Shown piece by piece: positions 1 through 15,317 of a stretch of 64,000 bases of DNA. Made by a program: the position numbers and the translations under genes. Under the pieces are notes generated by a model. It made no database searches and was not told where the DNA came from. It worked only from the letters and a program-made list of their open reading frames with translations. Source of the DNA: Lingula anatina (Eukaryota > Animalia > Brachiopoda); assembly GCA_051362555.1 (NCBI GenBank), contig CM120643.1, forward strand, positions 1,488,001-1,552,000, written 5' to 3'. The stretch's first letter is position 1. Every line of letters starts with the position of its first letter.

Positions 1-2797
1 TAACCTTAAATAGATTTGGTAATATGAAGTATATCAATTCATGACTCTTTTTTACATTTCTACGAAGCCTATTCACAATGCTTTAATATTTTGAGAGCAT
101 GGATAAAGACATATTGTTAGTTTGATACGTGTTTCTGTGGTTAAATTTGTGTTTCCAGCTGTGTACTGACAACATTCCTTTACTTAAAGGACAATGTTCA
201 TGTAAAAATCCATTTCTCGAATTTTGAAGATTCAGCACTCAATCTATACACTAGAGGTATGTTTTAATCGATCCCCGCCATTTAAAAATTATAAAAACAA
301 TCTATTAGTAGAAAAAAAGCGTTTTAGTAAACCTCACCTCAATATGCATAAATGAAGCAACAGATCTGGGTCACGTGGTACTGTGACGACAATCACGATA
401 AAGGTCTATGAGACTCAACTGAGCTGCATGGTGCAAACAGACAGAATGATTTTGGAAAGTTATGTTGAACGGAGTTGAACAATTTTCTTTATGCCTCAGT
501 GTGTTGGCGTGGGATTCACCAAAATTGCAGCACTCCTTGACTATCTTTCTTTACCTGTGACGGTCTTCCGTGACTAACTTACTAACTTCGGTGACAATAG
601 TTGCGATCCTCGCGATCTCGGTCACCTCAGGTGTTTTAGATCGTATCAAAAGCTGATAGCCTTTTAGATACTGTCATCGGTTGGCAAGCTTACTAATTGC
701 TGATGCATTTTAAAATTCATTGTAGTTGACCAAGAGCTCGTTAACAATAAAACCTGTTAATTATGCACCGCTGCCATTCCCAAGCCAGGTAATAACAGGT
801 ATGAAACTCGTCTTAGTGGGCTTTCATATTTTTCAATATATCTCATTTATTTCATGGGGTTATTTTATTGGTATTTGTAAATAACGTTAAATATCAATAG
901 CCTACTTAAACAATTAAGTTCAAACACGGTCGCGAACATTAATAAAAGAAATTGCTCTCAGGGTATCTTGAAACTTCCGTGGAAGAAAACGTGTTGAGGA
1001 AAAACAGGAAAAAGAGCGTTATATTAAAGAAAAAATGGGAACTGCTGTAATAAAATGGTTCGTTATCCTAATTCGTTTATGCATTGAGGATTTGTTTCTG
1101 AATATTATTTCATCTGAAATATTAAATAATTTAAAAGGTTGATCATTTTATAACTTGAAACGCAAATTCTGCGTCAGTACGCAATTTTTTTTTTTTTTTT
1201 TTTTTTTTGCAAATTTGTAAGCTTAGAACACCGTGCTATAAAGATCTACTCAAGAAAAAATTTGCTTGGGTAAAATTGAGTACGGAATGAACTGGAGACA
1301 CTTGGCTTGTCATTAAGTTTACACGAAACTAAGATCTAATAAACGGATATTAGGTCTTAGCACGAAAATATGTCAGGTAACTTTATACTGTTTTTGAAAG
1401 AGTAAAGATTGAAATATAATTTTAGACAAACTTTGACGGAGGAAATACCTACAAAGAGTAATGGGCTATTTCGCCAACATCTTGTTGAAAATTTTACAGT
1501 AACACTACAATTCTATTTAAATAAGCTAAGGAACTAATTGCCAAATTTATACTCTCATCACATAACAGGGGGTAACTAGACCTGCAAAAATTGTACGCAC
1601 ATATTTTAAAAAATTACAAGCACATACAGCAAAATGTGGACTTACGCAAAACATGAAGGACAGCGTAATCACGGCAAATGTACATGTACCTCATATAGTA
1701 GCTTAATTTCCATTAATAATAAAATCATCATTTAAGTCAAAAATATTCTCGCGATTTAATAACTGTTCTAATTTACCCAGAACGGTTTATTTATTTTAAA
1801 GGCGGTAAACTGAAATATAGTTTTATGATTTGTTTGTGAAAATTGCCCATGTCACCCTGTTAGTTTGGAGGTCTAAGCTGGATCAAGTCCGTGTTAAAAT
1901 TCCTATGAAGTTGTGCAGGAAAAATTCTTCCTTTCTTTCTCTAGCTCCTCGATAAACCTGGTGTTCAGATTTTATGTAGTACCCCCAGGTCTACGGGAGC
2001 TGCTCTTTGTAACTAACGCACAGGTAGATTTTTACCTGAGATAACTGGAGTAAAGCTTAGATAAAGAGTGCGTTCGGTACAAGCAAGCCAAATTGAATGC
2101 CATTTAACCCTCTAATTAAGAGGTAAAGGAAGTTCCAGTTAGCTGGATGATTAAGATAGGACTTGTAAAGGTAACGGGCATTGTTTACACCAGTTTAATA
2201 AAAGTATGCAAGACGGAGTGTCAGAGGTTTAATAAAATAAATTGAATTTCACAAATAACATGGACCTCATATGCAATAATCAACATTTCCCTTAACTCAT
2301 TCAAATGCAGTGTTTTATACAACTTGGGATAACCATGATTAAATGCTTGTTAAAGAATTGACTAGACGGGGAATGGGGTTACACAGCTTCACGAGGATTT
2401 AGACTCCTCGGGTAAGAGATTTGAATGAGTATAAACTTTTATCAGAAGCCAGAGAAGTCATCTTACAGGTAGACAATGCAGCTCAGTTTGACAGCTAAGC
2501 ACGCTCTGTTCACCAGTGGCTCGATTGTCGTCATCAGACCAACGTAGCTCATTAACTCTCAGGCCAAGCAGAGAGGACGTTTTTTAAAGCCAAAAATTTA
2601 CAAAATGAGCTTTTAATTTGTGTATTTGGATAAAGATATCGTTAGTTGGGCATGTTTTCTGAAGAATATGTTCCGTTCAGGCCATTCTGACGGCATGAAG
2701 CAAATCCTTTAAGCAGTTTTTTTTTTTGACTGTTTTTTTTTTTTTTTGCCCTCTCGCACCGATTTTGGGGTACCCAGAGGATGTCATCCATAAAAAT

Positions 2798-3298
2798 AAA
2801 CAAGGCAGCAAAGCTGTCAAATGTACAGACAAAAACCAGAAAATAAAAACGCAGGAAATAGGATACTGTCAATTCTGATGAACTAATGTATTATGCTTAC
2901 TGTAACTGCATAGCCAACATCAAATTCTTATTCTGCATAACATTGGATTAGGATGAAAGTAAAATGTATATCAAGCATTAGACTAAGTTCCCATACCTAG
3001 ATCAATCTAACAGGATCAATCCAACTCCAAGGGGTTTCTCACTAATCTGCTTTCAGTTTGAGAGTCTTAGGATTCTGGCATGCCAGTTTCAGTAGGCGTG
3101 ACAGACAACTAACCCACTTATATTGATTGCAATTTAGCAAGAATTCCCATGGAGATAGATCGATCCACAGTTAGCGCAATAGGGTCTGGAAATAGTCCCT
3201 AGTGTGTCAGGCTGATAAGACTTAAACTTTGGAAATGCCAGAATGAGGTACAGTGAAAATTACTCACAAAGAAAAAAAAAATGCTTAAACTCATTAAA

Positions 3299-3337
<39 letters not shown>

Positions 3338-5038
3338 TAATTTTTTTTTTTTGGCTGTATGTCAATCCTAAGAATCATTCGTAACAAAATAAAGAAAATG
3401 TTACAAAGTAAGAGTACAGGGCTCCTGGCAGATGGGAGTGATAAGTCACAACTTGAAAATGCCAGTTTAGCACTCTATAAACCTGCATTGCCTCCAAAAC
3501 AGAAAACAATCACTTTGGTTTTCAAACACAAGCTGCACTTCTGTCTTATGAAACTTTTCAGTAAGTTTCAGTATCATAAGTAACATGGTTTTCCCTTAAT
3601 CGCTATCCTGGCAGCAGTGTCCAAAATAGGGTTTTCTTCAACTTTCATGCAATAAAACATAATACTTAAGAGCATAATGACCATCAAATTTTTTATAAAA
3701 AAATAAAAATATCATGAATATTCAGAAAAGGTGATTTGGGAAGGTCTTCAAGGCCATGGAAGTTCAGAGTCACACTTTCAAAATGCCAAAATGTAAACAA
3801 GAGATAACTGTACTGAAATGATTTTCTTTCCATTTTCAACACCTTTTTTAAAACAAAATGATCAATAAACTGTCATTTTTAAATGTTCAACTAGGAAAAT
3901 TGTTGACATAGGAAAAATATCAATAGAACTATTTTCAATGTCCAATTTGCTCCATTTGCAGATGCTGAACATAGTGAATGATTAAATCTGACAAACTGCA
4001 ATGATGAGTTCCTTTCCATTTATGATACTTTATTACACAATGCTCAATATTATAATTGGTTTACTGTTATTTTTATATAATCAACAAAATTGTTAAGAAG
4101 CAGAAAATGTCAAAACAACATTTTTACATATCTTATTAGTTCCATAATGAGACTGTTAACATGCCTAAGAATTAAATCTGAAGAAATAACAATTATATAC
4201 AAAAATACAGAAAATGCACAGCACTTCTGGTGGATGGGAGTAAAAAATCACATCTTGAAGATGCTAGTGTTTGAAAAATAATTTTAAAAAAATTTAAATA
4301 AAACGTAAAAAATTCCAATAAAGCTGCTATTCAAACTTTTTATCTAGCTGTATTAACTTGATATTAATAACCCCACCAAGTTTGAGAAAAGTAAAGCACT
4401 GTTATTCATCTATAGCATGTTGGCATAACACATTCTTTTTGTTGTAAATTTATTTCAAATGTTTAACACCATTTATCTGCACAATTATCACCAAATCCTA
4501 ATTTTGTGACACAGTTAAGAGAGCTAAACCTATGGGACTTTACAGGGAAATCTCAAGGAGTGTTTTATGTAATCTCATTTAATGGCCAATTGAAAATTAA
4601 TGAGTAGGCAAGTGACTTTATAGACCTTAATTTAATTAGTGATCACCCGAGGGACAATTTTACTGCCATCCATACAGTACCATCATATAGCACAAAGGTG
4701 TTGCATACATGCTGAAAAAAGTGAAAAAAAAAAACAGCATTACTTCCCTAAAAATGACCCGATCATGCTGATTTTTAAACTTGACCTGCGTATTATGAAT
4801 ATTCATCACTTCTGTAAGTTTGAAAGCAAAAGGTAAAATGGTTTTCCACTTATTGTGTTATCGGTGCTGCATATATGCTAAAAAAAAGTGAAAAAAAAAA
4901 CAGCATAACTACCCTAATAACATGGACATTCAGAAAATGTGACAAGCAAAAGTCTTCGGGATCATGGAACTTTAAAGTCACACCTTGAAAATGCCAATAT
5001 GTGAAAAATTAAATTTTCACAAAAAACTGTTTAACTGC

Positions 5039-5086
<48 letters not shown>

Positions 5087-6264
5087 AAACAGACTGCATT
5101 GCCTACTGAAGCTGTATTTTAGTCCCATGTTTCTTTCCTGTAAGTTTGAGAACAGTAAGTGACATGATTTTCCTTAAATGGTCATCATGGAAGCAGTGCC
5201 CAAAATAGGGGTTTCTTCAAATTTTGATGCAATATTACATAATGTTTAACAGCTTAATGACCATCAATTTTTAATTATAAAATATTTGTATCACAGATAT
5301 TCAGAAAATGTGACTAGCAAAGGTCTTCAGGCCCATGGAACTTCAAAGTCACACCTTGAAAATGCCAAAATGTAAACAAGACAGCACTGTTCTGAAATGG
5401 ATTTATTTCCATTTTTAACACTTTTTTAACATAAAACAAAATAAACATTTTACTGCCATTTTTATATGACCAACTAAGAAAATTGATGAGATGGGAAAAG
5501 TATCAATAGAACAGTGTTAAATGTCAGATTTCCTCCATTCTGAGATTCTGAACATAGTGGATGATTGAATCTGACAAACTGCAATGATATGAGTTTATTT
5601 CCATTTTTGGCACTTTATTATACAGTACACAATATCAAGTTTACCATCATTTTTACATAATCAACTAACAATGTTGTAAAGATGCAGGAAATATCAAACA
5701 AACACTTTTACGTATCTTATTAGTTAAATAAAGAGACTGTTAACATGCTTAAGAATTGAATCTGAGGAAATGTGAAAAAAAAAAAAAAAAAAAAAAAACA
5801 GCATAACTTCTAAAATAATAGCCCGATTATGCTGATTTTCGAACTCAACCTGCTTTTTGGTAAGATTGACTACTCCTGTAAGTATTTTGACAATTGGCCT
5901 ATCTGTTTTTCTTATATTGTGTTATCAGTGTTGCATATATGTTGGAAAAAGTGAAAAAAACAGCTAAACTTCCATAAAAATGACCCGATCATGCTGATTT
6001 TCGAACTTGACCGGCGTATTATGAAGATTCATCAGTTCTGAAACTTTCAAGCCAAAAGGTAAAATGGTGTTCCACTTATCATGTTTACGGTGTTGCATAT
6101 ATGCTGAAAAAAGTGAAAAAAAAAGCATAAATTCCCTACAAATAGCCCGATCATGCTGATTTTCGAACTTGACCGGCGTATTATGAATATTTATCAGTTC
6201 TGTAACTTTCAAGCCAAAAGGTAAAACAGTTTTTCACTTATCGTGTTTACGGTGAGAGTGCACG

Positions 6265-6296
<32 letters not shown>

Positions 6297-6348
6297 AGAC
6301 GCAGATGATGGCAATATGTACAGACAAATCTGTGTCTGTACATAAAAA
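2798..6348 (+). mobile_element. HINE/Helentron-like non-autonomous element with internal tandem repeats
   Basis: Starts AAACAAG followed by ATGTACAGAC (2821). Ends in a (GACGGC)n microsatellite and the palindrome ATGTACAGAC...GTCTGTACAT (6316-6343) plus AAAAA. Internal ~138-bp repeats (4700-4920, 5800-6250) and a ~630-bp duplication (3560-4190 vs 5140-5770). Confidence 0.6.
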
Positions 6349-7299
6349 GTGTGGCCTAACTGACAACGGACTCTTTAATTGGTTTTCATTCATGTGTCAT
6401 TCAAATCAAATTTTTTATATTGCAGTTTGAACTAGGATGGATTATTTATTTCCCACCCAAGTGGCAACTTGTCAAAACAACACTAAGATACTAAGATAGC
6501 ACAGCTAAATTCCATTAATTGTGTAGTATTTCTATTCACCATGCATATCTTCAACACGAAACACAATTTATGAAATAAATCATTAAGTACTGAATCAACT
6601 GTTCTTTAGTCTATTTCAAAGATTTTTTCTCATGATCTTGCCAATAATGTTAGTGATTATTTGAGATTACAGTGACTCATAAAGCAAAGAGACAATCAAG
6701 AGAAAACATATACTTGTATGGGAGATGCTATTCTAGCAAACGAAATATTTTATAATAATTATTCGGGATACAGAGCTTATTGCTCATAATGAAAGTTATT
6801 CTGTGTATCAAAACCAGGCAACTGACATAAGTAGTTGCTTTAATAAAGGAGGTATACGTATACGACATAGAACTTACGATACCGTAGTGATAATAAAATT
6901 ACAGAAAAAAATCAATTATTAAACACAAAGAGACTTTAAACCACCGATTCATTCATATGACAAAGTGAAGTATAAACTATTTTCACTTTGAAAATTTCAC
7001 TTTAGTTTTTGTATTTACAGACTATAATTGTCAAAACATTGGCATGGCTTGACAAGTATAAACAAGTATAAACAAAAAATACGTTATTTTGCAACGAGTT
7101 ATCATATTGTCACTTTTCACAGCTTTTAAACCCAGAAAATTATTCAAGAGCGAACATTATGCATATTTGCGCATAAAAAATGCATGTGACATAATAGTAT
7201 GTGATGTGTAAGGGCAATGCACTGTTATGTTAACCTAAAATAAAGATACTCACTTGACACAATCGGTTTTCAATGAAATAACAATTGAAAAAAGAAATC

Positions 7300-10200
7300 T
7301 TAAGCAAATTCAACAACAAAATTCACTTTTTACATATATTTAATCATACAAAGTAAATTTTGTTGTTCATTGTGCCAAAGATTTTTGTTCGGACTGTCCA
7401 CAGCCCCATTCACACATTATTTTTTATATTTATGCGCTCAGTGAAGCAGACTTGTACAATGTATTGATCTGGTGGATCAATGTTTATTACAGCCCATTGT
7501 GTTATAAGCTTAACAAAACGCAAATTGAGAGATGGGAACACTACCTTTCTTGATAAAGAGATATTGTCTTCTTGAATGGGGAGCATGTTTGTAAATAGAA
7601 TGATTACTCAGTATAAGATGAAACACATTTTGTAATCGACAGGTGTATAAAATATAATGGTCCTTGATCAAAATATCAAGTATCATGTTGAAATGGAAGT
7701 GGAAGTCGTATTTTTTTTCATGTCAGATTTGATTATGCGCGTTTAACCTTTATATAGAAAAATTATTTTGGAGAGCATAAATACAATGTTCTTTTAATTA
7801 TGATCACCAACGTATCTCGCACTCAGTATGCTAGCTGAAAACATCGAGACGATTACAATCTACTGTGCATTTAGTTATTTAATGTTCGACTTTGTCGCTC
7901 CACTTACAATTCAGTTATGTTTTTCTTTACATTTTCGGTAAATGCTATTTTAAATGATGCGACTAACAGAAGACCAAGGCTTGCCAATGAGAGAATATAA
8001 TTGTAAGGTCTTTGAGCACAACCTGGACTACTTCACACCATTTGTATTTTACTTTCCATGTTAATCTTTGGTGAAATTTGTGAATGAAGACAAGTCTGGC
8101 TTCTAAACGAAAATTAAAATAAAATAATATAACATAAAGAATGCACATATCATGGATTGGAGGCATCTGTCTTTTTCCTTACTACCATGCGAATATATGT
8201 AGTATGTATTCCGAGCCATATTGCAGTGTTGAAGACTTAGCAGTGTTGTTTTAAAATAAAAATTCCCAATTGAAAAAAAAAAAAAGATTTTTATTACTGT
8301 GATAACATTGGCTTGTCTGCTTCAACCTACCTGTAGCTACGTGCACACGTAACTTGGATACGGCAACCCAAACAAAATAATAAATGCAATAATCTTCGAA
8401 AGAACAAAGATCGTTTATAGATTAATCGACCGCTCAGTGTGAGAGCAAACGGGTCAATAACAAAAAGTTTTGTGTTGGATGTGTTAACGAGGCAAAGCAC
8501 CCGCTGAGGTCAGTTTGTGAAAAGAAGTTTAATTTATACTGCAGTCCAGGATAAACATGAAGTAATTGATATATAACTAACGTAACTATAAACATACATC
8601 ATAGATTCGTGAAGCCATGGATATTTCGAACGGTAATCTTTAGCAAATTGAATTTTTAATACATATATTAAATCATACAAAGTTATTTTTGTTGTTCAGT
8701 TTTCTAAAGATAACTGCTCCCACTGTCCATAAATACCAATTATACACCTTACATTCATTTCAAATAAATTATTCACATTGGCCGCTCCTTTTTTATCAGT
8801 GTATTTTGAGCGGCCTCCTACAGAGTATTGATCTTCGCTGTGCACATTGGGTCAATGTAATTTACACTCTCCGGTGTTATAAGCTGAACAACATGAAAGT
8901 CTGAATTTATTTAACAAAAGGGGCCTTACTCGGAGGCGTTCTGGAAAATAATATTTCTTGAAAGAATAGTTGTTATTTTCTTGAGGCGCATGTTTCTTTA
9001 TGAAATTATCCCAAAATATTAGTTGTAAGAAACCGATGGTAGCAGTCGCCAGGTGTATGTAATGTAATGGTGCTATACAGCGAGGGATCAATGACATCAG
9101 GTAAAATGGAAGTCGATATATTTTTCGTAACTAAACTTGATTAAACTAGTCACTAGCTGTAAGTTTACTTGTAAGGTATCAACACAGTGTAACTACGACA
9201 ACCATGTAACTCGTCTATGTTCAGATTTAGACTTACCTGCTTAGATAACAGGGTTTCTTGACAAAGTGAACATTTACACGTATCGTCGCCTCTCGCACCG
9301 CTTTCTAATAAACAATTGTCACGTGACACATTACGCATGTTTTTTTAAGAGGACTGAGTGATAATTAGGTCACCAGCCGGGTACTTTTCTACAAGTAGGG
9401 CGGATTTACAACCTTGGATGTAGCTGTGATTTTAGGTGATATTGGAGAATATTTCGTTTTCGAGCCTAAAAGTTGTAGAAGACCCCATCAATACGTATAT
9501 ACCCTAAATATACAGTTTTGATCAAAAAGGCTGTCACAGCTGCAATACCAGTTTTATTTTGCTCTTAACTTTTTGGGCCAATATGCCCTGTCTACTGCAG
9601 TCCAGGATAAACATAACTTAACTGATATAACTAACGTAAACACATCATTGTTACGTGAAGCCATGGACAGTTTGGACGGTAATCCTTAGCAAATTAAACA
9701 ACAAAATGCATTTTGTACATACATGCATATTAAATGAATTTTGTTGTTGACTTTTGTTGTTCAGTGTGCCAAAGATTTCTGTTCGCACTGTCCACAGCCC
9801 CATTCACACATTATTTTTTATATTTATGCGCTCAGTGCATTTTAAGCAGACTCGTACAATGTATTGATCTGCCCTGTTCCTGTTGGATCAATGTTTATTA
9901 CAGCCCATTGTATTATAAGCTTAACAAAACGTAAATTGAGAGATGGGAACACCACCTTTCTTGTTAAAGACTTTTTTTTTTGAAGGGAGGCGCATGTTTG
10001 TAAATGAAATGTTTACTCAGTATAAGATGAATGACATTTCGTAATCGAGAGGTGTATAAAATGTAATGGTCCTTGATCAACATATCAAGTATCATGTTGA
10101 AATGGAAGTGGAAGTCGTATTTTTTCATATCAGATTTGATTATGCGCGTTTAACTTTTATATAGACAAAGTATTTTGGAGAACATAAATACAATGTTCTT

Positions 10201-11940
10201 TTAATTATGATCACCAACGTATCTCGTACTCAGTATGCTAGCTGAAAACATCGAGATGATCAAAATCTGCTGTGCATTTAGTTGTTTAATGTTTGACTTC
10301 GTCGTATCACAATACAACTATGATTTTCTTTACAATTTCGGTCAATGCTATTTTAAATATGGCGGCTAACAGAAGACCCAGGCTTGCCAGTGAGGTCATA
10401 TAATTGTAGGGTATTTGAGCACAACCTGGACTACTTCACATTAGTTGTAACTTTACTTTCCATGTAAATCTTTAGTGTAATTTGTGAATGAAAACAAGTC
10501 TGGCTTCTAAACGAAAATTAAAATAAAATAATATAACATAAAGAATGTACATATCATGGATTGGAGGCATCTGTCTTTTTCCTTAATACCATGCGAATAG
10601 ATGTAGTATGTATTCCGAGCCATATTGCAGTGTTGAAGACTTAGAAGTTTTGTTTTAAAATAAAAAAATCCCAATTGAATAAAAAAAAAGATTTTTATTA
10701 CTGTGATAACATTGGCTTGTCTGCTTCAACCTACCTGTAGCTACGTGCACACGTAACTTGGATACGGCAACCCAAACAAAATAATAAATGCAATAATTTT
10801 CGAAAGAACAAAGATCGTTTATAGATCAATCGACCGCTCAGTGTGAGAGCAAACGGGTCAATAACAAAAAGTTTTGTGTTGGATGTGTTAACGAGGCAAA
10901 GCACCCGCTGAGGTCAGTTTGTGAAAAGAAGTTTAATTTATACTGCAGTCCAGGATAAACATGAAGTAATTGATATATAACTAACGTAACTATAAACATA
11001 CATCATAGATTCGTGAAGCCATGGATATTTCGAACGGTAATCTTCAGCAAATTGAATGTTTAATACATATATTAAATCATACAAAGTTAATTTTGTTGTT
11101 CAGTTTTCTAAAGATTACTGCTCCCACTGTCCATAAATACACATTATACACCTAACATACATTTCAAATAAATTATTCACATGGGCCGCTCCTTTTTAAT
11201 CAGTGTATTTTGAGCGGCCTCCTACAGTGTATTGATCTTCGCTGTGCATATCGGGTCAATGTAAGTTACACTCCACGGTGTTATAAGCTGAACAACATGA
11301 AAGTCTGAATTAATTTGACAGAAGGGGCCTTACTCTGGAAAATAATATTTCTTGAAAGAACAGTTGTTATTTTCTTGAGGCGCATGTTTCTTTATGAAAT
11401 TATCCCAAAATATTAGTTGTAAGAAACCGATGGTAGCAGTCGCCAGGTGTATGTAATGTAATGGTGCTATACAGCGAGGGATCAATGACATCGGGTAATA
11501 TGGATGTCGATATATTTTTTCGTAACTAAACTTGATTAAACTTCTCACTAGCGGAAAGTTTACTTTTAAGGTATCAACACAGTGTAACTACGACAACCAT
11601 GTAACTCGTCTATGTTCAGATTTAGACTTACCTGCTTAGATAACAGGGTTTCTTGACAAAGTGAACATTTACACGTATCGTCGCCTCTCGCACCGCTTTC
11701 TAATAAACAATTGTCACGTGACACATTACACATGTTCTTTTTAATAGGACTAGGTGATAATTAGGTCATTAGGCGGGTACTTTTCTACAAGTAGGGCGGA
11801 TTTACAACCTTGGATGTAGCTGTGATTGTAGGTGATATTGGAGAACGTTTCGTTTTCGAGCCTAAAAGTTGTAGAAGACCCCATCAATACCCTAAATATA
11901 CAGTCTTGATCAAAAAGGCTGTCACATCTGCAATTCCACG
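7300..11940. repeat. Tandem segmental duplication, ~2.4-kb unit (7300-9690 / 9690-11940)
   Basis: Long near-identical matches at an offset of ~2400 (e.g. 8538 vs 10942). The ORFs at 8852-9097 and 11330-11548 are near-identical. Confidence 0.9.
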
Positions 11941-12164
11941 TGTTTTTGCTAACAAATGATCACGATGTAAGTCTGAACTGTTTTACTTCAAACACCATAA
12001 ATTTGTTTTATTGATTATCTTTATTTCAACAATAAATCTCAAAATTCAACATATGTTAATATGGGACATAGCTAAAGCTACCCTAGGTTCTAGATTCGGG
12101 TATTGCCAGCTCGATCTTGATTTCATATATAACCCATATCGCAATACCAGGCTCTAGTGCACAG

Positions 12165-12860
12165 CGGCCATGTTAGGCTTCCGTCAATCAAATAGAACTG
12201 CTCCGCAGTGAATCTGCAGTTGAATGTCATCAGACCAAAATGAAACGTAAAATAGATTTAATCCTGCTTTATTTAATTTTATTTGCTGTATTTAAGATAT
12301 GTAAAGTGAGAAATAAATAATATGTTTATTAAAGAAAAAGATATATCCAATGTTTTTGTATTTTTGCTTATAAAAGAATATTTTGTCCTGAGATAATAGA
12401 CACAATACACGTGCTTGCCGTGTTGTGCCAAGTTTGACAGCTACACTGGATGCCCGATACCACTATAAGGGCTGCGCAACGGCTACACCAAAATCAATTT
12501 TTTAAAGCAGAATGTTGCTTGTATTGTGGCACTGACCTTCGACTGCAAGATGTTTTCAATTCAAACATCTAAATCCGCGTCAGACACTTTGATTCTTGTC
12601 TAGTCTGCACGAGATTATGTCATCGCAAGGCGGGAAAGGCAGCTCCAGGCGGCCAAACCTGTGACGTATGAGACTTATGACTTTCAAGTATGGATCCTGG
12701 CGGACACAGCTGTGACGTGTGACTTCCAAATATGGACGCGCCCAGGCAAAATTTTGAAGACGAACGCCCTCAGATTGTCGCTGTTCGTCAAAGCTAGCGA
12801 AAGTGACTCCAAGGTATATTAAATATTAAACAAACTAACTTTTACGTTGCTCTGACACTC
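12165..12860. repeat. Dispersed repeat (probable non-autonomous DNA transposon) with partial copies at ~21190-21450 (inverted) and ~62090-62500
   Basis: Shared blocks such as CACTATAAGG.CTGCGCAA.GGCTACACCAAAAT and AACTGCTCCGCAGTGAATCTGCAG. Confidence 0.65.
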
Positions 12861-12947
12861 AGGGTAGCTAAAGCTGAAACATGATTGAAATTGTTCAAAT
12901 TAATGGCTATATCAGTGACAGTAACAAGGTGTGATTTGCGTATAATG

Positions 12948-12954
<7 letters not shown>

Positions 12955-13004
<50 letters not shown>

Positions 13005-13010
13005 GGAGAG
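12955..13010. repeat. Compound (TG)n(AG)n microsatellite
   Basis: Read directly from the sequence. Confidence 0.95.
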
Positions 13011-15077
13011 ACCACTTTTTGGTGCCCTGTGACGTTTTTTAAATGAAGAACGAAAGTTATGATGATAAGTAGAAAATGATTGTTTTCACAACATCACGTT
13101 TAAATACTTACAACAATTGAAATGCATGCCAGAGAGAGACAGAGACAGAGAGACAGGATGAGGCGTATGTTCATTGTTGTGTAGAGCCAGGTATAAAGTA
13201 AGAACGGACGTTTTAGTTTTCACAAGCCTTTATTTACAGTGGAACAACCTTTATGACTACATTTCTGTCCCTTTTCCACTCTTTAACACTTGATATATAT
13301 ACACGGTACAGGTGCATGTAGCTAACTCATCATTTCTCACTTTACATGTACATATAATTTATGCAATCCGTGCCCGTCACTTTGCTCTAACCTTTTTTTT
13401 ACCTTTTAGTACTTTGTTCATGTTCTAAGGTGTCTTCTTCTTTTATAACAGTAACTAATATTATATTATACAGGATCTTCTCTTGGGTGTCTTATTCTTT
13501 TCCTATCGATAACTAACATTACATTAATATTGACCACCATATTACCGTGGTATCAATATATCACACCAATATTATATACTTACAACCTGGACACATATTC
13601 TTTGGAATATGTGATAAATTTCATTGTATTAAGGATTGAAACATATCCACGTCTATATCGTAATAATAATAATGATAATGATAATAATACGCAAAACATA
13701 CCCATGTAAACAAAAATGAAGGACGGTAATATTGTTAAAACTTTATGACCAAGTACATATAAGATGTAAATCTGTTTATTTACTTATCGAGTGTTTAATG
13801 TGAGGCCAAAAATTTCGCCTTAAGAATTGTTTGAAGTATTGTATGATATAACTGTGGTTTTCTTATTACAGTACTGACACATTATCTGTTTACAGCCCCT
13901 CTCCTTTGCTCTTTGTATTCATTCAGATGCCACTTCGTGATATAAAAAGGTAACTAAAATTCCAATAAAACAAATTATTACAGCACAAACATTGCGACCA
14001 GAATTTGTTTTTATGTTTATCAGCGAAGAAACTTCTGTATGATTTTCATTCTCACTATAATGAATTATTTAAGTTAAATACTGGTAAATGTAATCACTGC
14101 TTTATACTATTTTACATCATCGCAAAACTAATACCATAATGATAATTTGGTACTACGAAAACACATACGTACCACATCTGGACATTTCGTATTACTTGTT
14201 ACATTCATAATTAGATTCCCGTAACAAAATCAAATCTGCAGTAATGTTGCAGTAATATCAAAGTTTGCAGAGACGGGTTGCAGGAGTTCGAAGAAAAAAA
14301 ATTGCCGCTTATTTGCAGAAACATTACTGCAATCTTTTAAGAAGAAATTGCAATTTGCAGCAATATTGTCGAAATTTGCTACAGATTTGAAGCAGGCCTG
14401 ATACGGTATGTTGCAAAGGTTTTTACTTTTAATGTTAAATTTCTCAATGAAAGGCGGACCCAATCCAAACTGCTACAAATTCATGTGAAGAGAGCTCACA
14501 GACAATTGAAATCGTGTGCCAGTACTTTTGCTTTTCATTGTACATAATGTATACATGTCTAAAACTAAGAATAAAAAATAATTATTATTAAAGACAAGTC
14601 GAAAATTGTCCTCTTATCGTAAGTTTGTGGACAAGATAATTGTAGGCGGTCCGCTAACGGTAGGAAGAACAAATTTAACTTGTGCTGAATGATCATCATT
14701 TATGAACCAACTGCCAATGAACATTTTTGCTCATACAACTACATTATGTGAAGTTCTTACTCCATAAACATCTAACAACAAGACAGCATGAGCCTTTTAT
14801 AAAAAACAGACAAAGCAGTTGAGGATGATTGTAAATAGAGGTTCTGCGCTTGCAACTGGATTAAAGCATGAGAAATTACAGCTATGTGAAGATTAGAAAC
14901 AGGCAGCAAAAACGGAACACCTCTATTTTGGTAAGTACTAACCCAGACACCTGACACACACTTCGTTTGATTTTAAGTGTTTGAAAAAGAAAACATTATA
15001 AGCACAACATGAAATACGCCTCTTACTTCTTTATATTTGGTGCTGGAACCGTGTTCCAAAGTTTGTAAATTTACGGT

Positions 15078-15083
15078 TTTATT
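15078..15083 (-). terminator. Candidate polyadenylation signal AATAAA
   Basis: Minus-strand AATAAA about 235 nt after the stop codon. The hexamer is common in AT-rich DNA. Confidence 0.3.
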
Positions 15084-15317
15084 TGCCATATACTTAATAC
15101 AAGTAGTGATTATCAATAACAGTAAAGAACTCCAGTCTATGTACGGCGGAAACCAAAATAAAAAAAAATTAAACGAGAAAAAAATGTAGGTTGAGAAAAA
15201 TGAACATGTGATCAAATTTAAGTTACTTGAGTCTCAATAGAAACATCATGGTAACAGAAGGCGAGGGTGGCTACTACATAGCAAGTGTACCTGTATGACC
15301 ACTTCCACTGCCTTAAT

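Noticed and set aside
180-2640. Possible TTAA-type DNA transposon or LTR remnant at the window start
   Set aside because: I could not identify a matching second terminus or a protein motif.
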